Below are positions 56,841-64,000 of a stretch of DNA of 64,000 nucleotides, one piece after another (position 1 is the first letter of the stretch; every line of letters begins with the position of its first letter). The DNA is taken from positions 38,311-102,310 of IMG/VR virus record IMGVR_UViG_3300008259_000014; one strand, 5' to 3'. Made by a program: the position numbers and the translations under genes. The DNA is from a virus. The notes beneath the pieces were generated by a model. The model did no database searches. It was not told the DNA's origin and saw nothing but the letters and a program-made list of their open reading frames with translations.

Positions 56841-57119
56841 AGCGTACCCCTCTATTTTTATATTATTAGACAGCTATAAGCCGTAGAAAAGTGGTATCAT
56901 TTTTTTCTAATGTATTATTATTTAGCCGGCTAATAATATATATCCTTCTAAATTAGCTGACTAAGTTCAATATGTAGAAAATCAGAATGAAGTGTAAATC
57001 TTAAAAATTGCGGGAACTAAGCCGTGCAAAAACTTTGCCCCGCTATCGAAAGGTAGATTATTAGACAGAAGTCTATTAAAAAATTACATTGGCAATGCTA
57101 GGTAAGCATCCCCAAACTA

Positions 57120-57695
57120 TTATTTCAGACTTTTAATTATTTCATTTAAATGAAAGAGAATTGGTATTCTGAAACTAATTGAGGGACCTGTAAAAAAGAA
57201 TGTATCATATTCAGGTCTTTTTGTTATAATTGCAGAAAAATCAGCTTCAAATCCATGAGAAATTAACTTTTCAGCATTGCTAATGCTATTATAAGAAATT
57301 TCATTATTACAAATTTCTCGCAACTCTTGAATTGCATCCAGCTCTTCTTTTTCAGCTGAATCATCAACCGCGTAAATAAAGAAATGCTTTGGGTTCTTAC
57401 TATCAAGATCCCATTTATAGACCTCTTCTACGTAACCAATTAAAAAGCTCCAGCTAGAGCATATGCTCTTAACATAGATACCGTTTGCAAGCTTCTCTGC
57501 GTAAAAATCAGCATCGCCAAACCAACTCTCACCCTCACAAAGTAAAGGATAGACTTTATAATATGCTTGAAACAAATCTTCAAGCAATTGACTAGTTGCT
57601 TTAGCCAGGAAGGCCCTTGTCTCTTCTGAGCTGTTTAGGTAATCTCTTGAGTAAAGCTTTTCAATCTGAATTGGTTTACTAAATTTTTCAATCAT
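57120..57695 (-). CDS. Hypothetical protein
   Basis: GAGG RBS. Confidence 0.6.
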   Translation of the reverse strand: MIEKFSKPIQIEKLYSRDYLNSSEETRAFLAKATSQLLEDLFQAYYKVYPLLCEGESWFGDADFYAEKLANGIYVKSICSSWSFLIGYVEEVYKWDLDSKNPKHFFIYAVDDSAEKEELDAIQELREICNNEISYNSISNAEKLISHGFEADFSAIITKRPEYDTFFFTGPSISFRIPILFHLNEIIKSLK

Positions 57696-57711
57696 AAAAC
57701 CTCATTTATGT

Positions 57712-57900
57712 TTATCTACTTGGGTTTGCTCCGGCATCAGTAGCAAGATTCCAGCGATTCAATCTTTCTAGATTTTCTTTTTCTACAATGCAGGAGTTAC
57801 ACATATTGCAGGGAAGAAATCCAGCATGATTATAATAATTTGAATGCTTGTGATAAGAGCATTCGTATGCTTCATACTTCTTCTTTTTAGAAGACTTCAT
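57712..57900 (-). CDS. Small Cys-containing protein
   Basis: CNMCNSC. Confidence 0.4.
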   Translation of the reverse strand: MKSSKKKKYEAYECSYHKHSNYYNHAGFLPCNMCNSCIVEKENLERLNRWNLATDAGANPSR

Positions 57901-58186
57901 AGTAGTCTGAATGTCTCACTCCCCACTTTTCCAATTCATTTTCAAGTTCATCTTCAGTCAGGATTGGACTGAAATAAACATAACATGCAGTTGTGCGACG
58001 CACACCAGTCCAATAACTATCGGTTCTTCCGATTTCTTTTAAAAACTGTTCGATTGCTTCGTATCGCTCATCTTCTAAAATGTCGACTCGTTTGTGATCC
58101 AAAACATCTGGAATAACAAGCCTGTCTTCAAGAATGGTCATTGGCTGAGCTGCCTTAACAAGTTGTCTGATTTTTTCGTAGTCCAT
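57887..58186 (-). CDS. Hypothetical protein
   Basis: AGGAG before MDYEK. Confidence 0.55.
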   Translation of the reverse strand: MDYEKIRQLVKAAQPMTILEDRLVIPDVLDHKRVDILEDERYEAIEQFLKEIGRTDSYWTGVRRTTACYVYFSPILTEDELENELEKWGVRHSDYYEVF

Positions 58187-58187
58187 A

Positions 58188-58619
58188 TTAGACTCCTGGT
58201 TGTTGTGTTTTCTTTTCAAGCTCTAAAAGAATCTCATCTTGAATTGAGCATTTTAAAATGCCGTATTCTTTTCCTACGCTATCGGGCCAGCAATCTGATA
58301 TTTTTGGACCGTGACCCCACTTTTTAAATCTTTCGTTAAAAATATCAACAAATGCAAGAAATGCTTCTTCATAAGTTTTATGAATAGAAATAATTTCTGC
58401 ATCATAAACGTATGATCCGCTGCCTCCTAAAATAAAAACTTCTTTTGCGTCATCATCTATATGACTTGCTTCAATTTCTATAACTGGTCCGGTAGTTGCG
58501 TATCTATACTTTCTAAGAAGCGGAGCGTTCTCCTTGTCCCTTAAAAGGCCACAAAGCCTGTTAGTGTCGTCCCATCCAGTTGGAGCGCCACCCGAATAAA
58601 CTGCAAATATTTTTGACAT
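58188..58619 (-). CDS. Hypothetical protein
   Basis: AAGGA RBS. Confidence 0.6.
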   Translation of the reverse strand: MSKIFAVYSGGAPTGWDDTNRLCGLLRDKENAPLLRKYRYATTGPVIEIEASHIDDDAKEVFILGGSGSYVYDAEIISIHKTYEEAFLAFVDIFNERFKKWGHGPKISDCWPDSVGKEYGILKCSIQDEILLELEKKTQQPGV

Positions 58620-58636
58620 ACTTTATCCTTTTTATT

Positions 58637-59287
58637 TTAGATTGACTTGTTTTTTTGAGAACATAACGAAAGAACTCGTGAAGCTTCAGTCTTTGCTCCG
58701 TCCATAGGGATTTCATATAAGTTAATCAAATAACCGTCGTCAAGATTAACACGAATGATTAATCTTTCAGCGTTTAGAATTGTTATTAAATCTGATGAAT
58801 TAAGATAATACATTCCAGGTATTTCGATTTTAGTTGAAAGATTGGATGTCCATTTATCAAGAGTAAGTATTCCATCATCTTCAACTCTAGAAGTCCAAGA
58901 GGATATTAGTTTTGCTGAGCTGCCGCTAACTGCATACACTGTTATTACATCATCTTCATTTTTACTAGAAATCCTTGTTTCTCGTTTTAAAAGACCCACA
59001 TCTCTTTTAGAGAATAAGGTAATGATTATACCAGGCCCATTGGACGTTACATAGCAACTATACAAAAAACTAGAATATGCGACATCTTTATATATAAAAT
59101 CTCTTGTAATTGAATAGTATGAAGTCCCATCATTCGCAATCCCGTTTTTTAGCTCCCAGTAAGGCTGGGTTGGCTTCCATTCAGAGTCTTTGACTAGCGG
59201 TTGCGTAATTGAAGTTGAAGAATGATTATCATCTGCAATTGCGTTTGCAAATAGCAAGGACAGCGTCAGCAAAATAGACGAAAGCAT
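58637..59287 (-). CDS. Secreted protein with signal peptide
   Basis: MLSSILLTLSLLFANAIA-D. Confidence 0.6.
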   Translation of the reverse strand: MLSSILLTLSLLFANAIADDNHSSTSITQPLVKDSEWKPTQPYWELKNGIANDGTSYYSITRDFIYKDVAYSSFLYSCYVTSNGPGIIITLFSKRDVGLLKRETRISSKNEDDVITVYAVSGSSAKLISSWTSRVEDDGILTLDKWTSNLSTKIEIPGMYYLNSSDLITILNAERLIIRVNLDDGYLINLYEIPMDGAKTEASRVLSLCSQKNKSI

Positions 59288-59328
59288 AAAGTCTCCTATT
59301 TTTAATTATAGACAGCGTCAAATTAAAA

Positions 59329-59405
59329 TGGTACGAGTGGATGGATTTGAACCAACGACCCTCACGGTATCAGCGTGATGCTCTAACCAACTGAGCTACA
59401 CTCGT
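59329..59405 (-). tRNA. tRNA-Ile(GAU)
   Basis: Loop CTGATAC, CCA. Confidence 0.9.
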
Positions 59406-59410
59406 ATAAA

Positions 59411-59485
59411 TGGTGGGAACGAACGGACTTGAACCGATATCACCTGAGCTTCAGTCAGGGGCTCTACCAATTGAGCTACAATCCC
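59411..59485 (-). tRNA. tRNA-Phe(GAA)
   Basis: Loop CTGAAGC, CCA. Confidence 0.85.
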
Positions 59486-59527
59486 ATAGATTCCGTTTTT
59501 TTTGGAACGGTTTTCAGAAACCCTAGA

Positions 59528-59602
59528 TGGTACACCTAACGGGAATCGAACCCGTCATTCCGGCGTGAGAGGCCAGCGTCTTAACCGATTGACCATAGGT
59601 GC
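59528..59602 (-). tRNA. tRNA-Glu(CUC)
   Basis: Loop CTCTCAC, CCA. Confidence 0.9.
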
Positions 59603-59608
59603 AAGAAA

Positions 59609-60037
59609 CTATCCCATTATTCCATATCCACCAATATCTATCCCCTGCTCTTGTTCGCAAAACTCATAAGCAAGCTGTGGATTTCCGACTTTTGCAATTT
59701 TCAGCCAAAGATTTATATAGTCATCACTGAAAATATCTTCACCAAATCCATAATCACCCTCATCATAATCATCATCATCAAGATTAGGCACATGATCTGC
59801 TAGATCATCAAAACCCGTGTCAAAGAATTTTGACATTTTTTTAATCATGTCAGGGGGAAGCTGCCTACTATCATACTCTGAAAACTGATCTGCAAATCTT
59901 ATTCCAATAATTTCTTCGCCCTTTTTAAAAGCAGCCTCTAACTCTTTAGAGGTTAAATTACATGAGATCCTTACATTACTATGTATTCCGTGGCCATCAC
60001 CACCTGGATCCCCAACAGATAATACAACTACATTCAT
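59609..60037 (-). CDS. Hypothetical acidic protein
   Basis: GD..GDGHG...IGGYG pattern. Confidence 0.6.
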   Translation of the reverse strand: MNVVVLSVGDPGGDGHGIHSNVRISCNLTSKELEAAFKKGEEIIGIRFADQFSEYDSRQLPPDMIKKMSKFFDTGFDDLADHVPNLDDDDYDEGDYGFGEDIFSDDYINLWLKIAKVGNPQLAYEFCEQEQGIDIGGYGIMG

Positions 60038-60063
60038 TTGTAATTCCTATTTATTTGTAAAAA

Positions 60064-60139
60064 TGGAGCGAGAGATGGGACTCGAACCCACAACAGCAAC
60101 CTTGGAAGGGTTGAACTCTACCAATTGAGTTACTCTCGC
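60064..60139 (-). tRNA. tRNA-Gly(UCC)
   Basis: Loop CTTCCAA, TCCA. Confidence 0.92.
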
Positions 60140-60741
60140 ATTTTGTTAGTACTTTCTAAATTCTTTTCATAAAATTTTATCCACTTTCTTACTGCATTAT
60201 CTGAAACACCATATTTCCTTGCAACAGAGCAGTAGTTTCCCTCTTTCAATTCTAAAATCAAATCTTCATAAGTTGGTCTTTCAACTTTCCTTGCCCTTAT
60301 CTTTGAGCAGCTTACTGAGCACGTAGAAAGTTTATTATCTTTTTCAGAATTACATATGGGGCAGTATGTTTTTTCCTTTTCCTTTTCTTTTGTTAAAACT
60401 TTCTTGTTTTTATTTTCTAGTCTAGATGGAGGTATATATTCTGAGTTAAATTTTGGAATCTCAGATGGAATACTTACCACTCCTGCATGAAACTCTCTAT
60501 GACAATTAGCACAAAGAAGTATGCATTTTTTTGCTTCGTCTAGAATCTTACCCCAGCTAACTATAGAGCCTCTAGCTCCACCAAGACCAAACTCTTTTTC
60601 GGCTGGATTTATATGGTGAAATTCAAGTGCATCCATACATTTCAAATATTTACATATTGCACATTTACCACCAAATCCTTCCACCAATCTTTTCTTAGTA
60701 TTCTCTCTCCACTTTTTTACCCGTTCCGAACTCTTGGACAT
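60130..60741 (-). mobile_element. HNH homing endonuclease with C-terminal HTH
   Basis: CAIC, LEFHH, LLCANCHREFH, KYGVSDNAVRKW; start behind GGAG. Confidence 0.85.
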
Positions 60742-60797
60742 ATTAACTCCATATGATAATACATCCTTATTAGTATATTTATACTTATATTTTGAAA

Positions 60798-60874
60798 TGG
60801 CGGCCACGGCAGGGTACGATCCTGCGACCTAACGATTAACAATCGTTCGCTACTACCAGCTGAGCTACATGGCC
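60798..60874 (-). tRNA. tRNA-Asn(GUU)
   Basis: Loop TTGTTAA, GCCA; atypical T-loop ATCGTAC. Confidence 0.88.
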
Positions 60875-60886
60875 ATTTAAACTTTA

Positions 60887-61198
60887 TTATGTTAAACCTA
60901 ACTCTTTCAACTCTTTATTGCTAATAAGCTCTCCACCTTCTTTCCCCGGAAGTAGCCTGTAAGCATAATAGATTTTTTTATAACTAATATTTCTCATATG
61001 CTCTATTAGAGGAATACAATCAAAAATTCTCTCTGTATTCCCATTATCCATCTTTCCCTTCTCTATTCTCTTCCAATTCTTTATCAACTTTGCAGGATCA
61101 GCAGATTCTCCACTATCAAATTGATCCGTTACAATAGAGGGGTTGTTAATCACCATCTTTGTTATTTCTACCTTGCACATGACGCTAGATACGCTCAT
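60887..61198 (-). CDS. Hypothetical protein
   Basis: AAGGA RBS. Confidence 0.55.
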   Translation of the reverse strand: MSVSSVMCKVEITKMVINNPSIVTDQFDSGESADPAKLIKNWKRIEKGKMDNGNTERIFDCIPLIEHMRNISYKKIYYAYRLLPGKEGGELISNKELKELGLT

Positions 61199-61283
61199 TC
61201 TAAATCCTTTGGTTATATTGTTTTTTCTAACTATTGAAGCCAGATCTCTGACTTGAGCATGGATCTACGAGATTTGATATGAA

Positions 61284-61395
61284 TTCCCACCCTCAACCCT
61301 ACTAATGGAGCATAGACTCCAAACTTTCTGACCGTGCTAGTGTAGGATGTCCCCGGTTGCGAGGGATGCTGGTTATCCAGCGGTTTGGATGGGAA
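61284..61395 (-). ncRNA. Candidate structured ncRNA of unknown family
   Basis: GC-rich non-coding island; 9-bp closing stem enclosing several helices. Confidence 0.55.
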
Positions 61396-61398
61396 AAG

Positions 61399-61487
61399 TG
61401 GTGGGATGGAGAGGATTCGAACCTCTGATGGTATTTCTACGTCGGATTAAAAGTCCGCTCCCTTCGGCCAACTCGGGACACCAACCC
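61399..61487 (-). tRNA. tRNA with Lys(UUU) anticodon and long variable arm
   Basis: Loop CTTTTAA, ~14-nt variable region, ACCA. Confidence 0.8.
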
Positions 61488-61498
61488 ATTATATAAAG

Positions 61499-61575
61499 TG
61501 ATATGAGTGACAAGACTTGAACTTGAAACCTTTGCGGTATCAGCGCGAGGCTCTAACCAATTGAGCTATATTCGT
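61499..61575 (-). pseudogene. Degenerate tRNA-Ile(GAU) copy
   Basis: Similar to 59329..59405 but acceptor stem mismatched, ends ATCA. Confidence 0.65.
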
Positions 61576-61593
61576 ATGTTACTTTTAATATAG

Positions 61594-61670
61594 TGGCGGT
61601 GTTAACGGGACTTGAACCCGTGGCCTTCGGCGTGACAGGCCGACGTTCTAACCAACTGAACTATAACACC
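61594..61670 (-). tRNA. tRNA-Asp(GUC)
   Basis: Loop CTGTCAC, GCCA. Confidence 0.93.
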
Positions 61671-61681
61671 GTTATACTAAC

Positions 61682-61756
61682 TGGTGGAGCGAATGGGACT
61701 TGAACCCATAAGAACGCCGTGCAAAGGCGCCAGTTTTCCAATTAGCTTATCACCCC
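61682..61756 (-). tRNA. tRNA-Ala(UGC)
   Basis: Loop TTTGCAC, G3:U70, CCA. Confidence 0.88.
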
Positions 61757-62551
61757 AGTTTTATATTTTTCATCCCAATTTTTTATTCTATCTAATAATT
61801 CTTCATAACTAATAATATTTTTCTTTCCTTTTGAAACATTTTCATTATGCTTAATCAATCTGCAATTTGCAGGATGTGCTATTATTAAAGGATCTATATT
61901 ATTCTCATAGCCATATATTACAGACACCATATGATCTCTAGACACTCCATCTAGATTGTTTCCTCTGTTTTTAGCTTTGTACCACCCAAGTTCATTTAAA
62001 ATTGAAAAGTCAAACTCATCAGGATATAAGTATACTGAAAATTTAAATGAACATTTTGATCTGTAATTTTTCTTTACATCAGATCCTTTTTTCGACTCTT
62101 TTAATTTTGTGAGACAATAGTTATCACAAGTCTTTCTTTTTAATTTTAAATTAATTATCTTCTTGCATACTATACACTTCTTCTTTTTAAGACCCCTTTC
62201 TTCTGCTGCTTTTTCTAATGAAGCGCTTATTTTTTGTTTTGTAGATTCTGATACACTCTCTCTTGTATTTGAACAAGATCTGCTGCAGAAATATGCTTTT
62301 TTTTCTGTAAATATATTTTTATGCTCAAATATTTCAAAAGATTTATTGCATATATTGCAGAAAACAACGTATTTCTCTATACATCCAAATAATTTAATCT
62401 TTCTATTAAATTTTGCATTAGAAATACTTTTTGATCCCTTATCACCATTGGTTATGTTTTTTACACACCATCTTACATGGTTTGAAAAAACCCTTCCCTC
62501 TTCGTTTTCAAATATTTTATTACAATATATACATAACCTATCTTTCTTCAT
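61742..62551 (-). mobile_element. HNH-like homing endonuclease
   Basis: Zn fingers, FCSRSC, SRDH...HPANC...EN..KG. Confidence 0.8.
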
Positions 62552-62572
62552 CTACAATTCCCCAGAATTAAA

Positions 62573-62646
62573 TGGTCGAAGCAGCCAGATTTGAACTGGC
62601 ATCCACCTGTTTCCAAAACAGGGACTTTGCATTAAGCTACGCCTCG
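62573..62646 (-). tRNA. tRNA-Pro(UGG), divergent D-loop
   Basis: Loop TTTGGAA, C1:G72, ACCA. Confidence 0.8.
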
Positions 62647-62692
62647 ATTTATTTTTAGAAGCTTTTACGCTGAAAATTTCAAATAACTAAAA

Positions 62693-62769
62693 TGGTCCTC
62701 TTGCTGGGACTCGAACCCAGTTTTTTCCTGTGAAAGAGGAAGGTCCTAAACCGCGTAGACGACAAGAGG
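62693..62769 (-). tRNA. tRNA-Glu(UUC)
   Basis: Loop CTTTCAC, CCA. Confidence 0.88.
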
Positions 62770-62817
62770 TTATTTATTAATAATACTTTAAAAAATATTA
62801 ATTATCAAATTTTATTG

Positions 62818-63513
62818 TTATTCATCACCATTTTTTTGGTAATTTTTAATCCACTTTCTAATTGCATTATCTGAAACACCATACTTTTTCCCAACTGCCA
62901 AGAAGCTCGATTCTTCAATTTCAAGCATTAAATCTGCAAACTTAGGCCTTGCAGCTTTTCTAGCCCTCTTATTTATCCTTGCCATATATTTTGAAGAACA
63001 CTCCATTGTACAAAATTTCTCATTTATACCGTGATACTGCTCGCTACATTCTTCACAAGTTTTGTATTTTCTTAATTTCTTTCCACCGTGAGTATCCAGT
63101 GTAGCATTGCAGTTTGGACAAAGCAACCTTAGATTTTCTAATCTGTTGTCATTGTTTACACCATTTATATGATCAAGGATGAGGTGCATTTCCTTTCCTC
63201 TCCATAATTTTCCCTGACCACACTCCTCACATTCTTCTTTTTTCATGCCAAGCTTTACAAGCTTTTCTTTTAAGTGGCCCCTATTAAATGTTGAATTCTC
63301 CACCATTACTTCGCTAAGCTCTCTTTTCTTTTTAAAGATTCTCTTCTTTTTCAGCAAGAGTTTTGATATATCAATTTCATTCTCTTTTGAAAACTTAATG
63401 AATACCTTGTAAGCATCACCGCTTTTGGCGTAGTCCATCTTTGTGAGAACTTCTGAAATTGATTCTGAACTATTTACGAACTCTATAATATTTTCTTTTG
63501 TAAATTCTTTCAT
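62818..63513 (-). mobile_element. HNH homing endonuclease with C-terminal HTH
   Basis: CEECG, LDHING...DNRLENLRLLCPNC, KYGVSDNAIRKW. Confidence 0.88.
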
Positions 63514-63529
63514 TTTGCACCCATATCTT

Positions 63530-63558
63530 ATTATACCACAATAAAGAGTTGGGTGCAA
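63530..63558 (-). promoter_or_regulatory. Sigma70-like promoter TTGCAC-17-TATAAT with extended -10
   Basis: TGTGGTATAAT. Confidence 0.65.
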
Positions 63559-63576
63559 ATTATCAAAATTTATTTA

Positions 63577-63927
63577 TTATTTTTCGTAAATAGCCTTTAA
63601 TCTTTCCAATTCTCGAAGTTGAGACTGCTTGATCCTTTCTGCCTCTTTCTCTCTACTCTCTGTCATAGATTTGATTAGTAGAGTTTGTGCATCGGCATAG
63701 GCTTTTTCCATTAGAGTTTCGGTCTTTACAGAGTCGCTAATCTCAAAAATATCTATCAAGTCAAATTGATGGACATCATAGTCTTCAATGTCCTCATCAT
63801 AATATTGATCATTATTTTCATCATAAAAAATGTGATTAGCAATCATATTCGCAAGATCATCTAAAGATTCAATAATGTAATAACTGTTTTCTTCTCTATT
63901 CAAACTGTAGGTTACAATGTAGGCCAT
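63577..63927 (-). CDS. Hypothetical acidic protein
   Basis: ORF. Confidence 0.55.
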   Translation of the reverse strand: MAYIVTYSLNREENSYYIIESLDDLANMIANHIFYDENNDQYYDEDIEDYDVHQFDLIDIFEISDSVKTETLMEKAYADAQTLLIKSMTESREKEAERIKQSQLRELERLKAIYEK

Positions 63928-63948
63928 GCTATTTCCATTATTTTAAAT

Positions 63949-64000
63949 TGGTGCCCAAGGAGAGACTCGAACTCTCACTCCCTAACGGGAACAGGATTCT
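63949..64000 (-). tRNA. tRNA-Leu(NAG), 3' part (truncated by window)
   Basis: ..AG-AA loop end, long variable arm, T arm, ACCA. Confidence 0.75.

Noticed and set aside
61284-61395. 5S rRNA, SRP RNA or hammerhead ribozyme
   Set aside because: Size is similar but the diagnostic conserved loops were not found by eye
1-64000. CRISPR array, DGR, retron, or stop-codon reassignment
   Set aside because: No regularly spaced repeats, no reverse transcriptase, genes are intact and tightly packed in code 11, and no suppressor tRNA was seen

Overview
AT-rich, gene-dense, almost entirely minus-strand segment of a large (jumbo/huge) dsDNA bacteriophage genome, standard genetic code. It is an accessory/host-takeover region with no capsid or terminase genes. 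It carries nucleotide and cofactor metabolism genes (purA, purB, a Ham1/RdgB-type pyrophosphatase, NAMPT, NadM-Nudix, two deaminases, a 5'-nucleotidase), repair genes (UvsE, 5'-3' exonuclease, Rnl1 RNA ligase, kinase plus HAD pair), proteostasis genes (GroEL, Hsp20, ClpP, AAA+), a sigma factor, two lysins, several homing-type endonucleases and an array of about 19 tRNA genes. Best leads: (1) a duplicated ~65-nt leader with a covarying hairpin and a compact H-type pseudoknot directly before the RBS of both NAD+ salvage genes, a candidate new riboswitch or operator; (2) a dispersed ITP->IMP->AMP route (Ham1 + PurA + PurB) that could undo ATP-deaminating defences; (3) a ~110-nt structured ncRNA and a long-variable-arm tRNA-Lys in the tRNA array; (4) a GTGATCC-N15-TATAnn promoter class; (5) a set of probable virion-cargo proteins sharing K-x-A motifs and a TRYTAAT upstream motif. 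All calls were made by eye from motifs; no database searches or folding programs were run.
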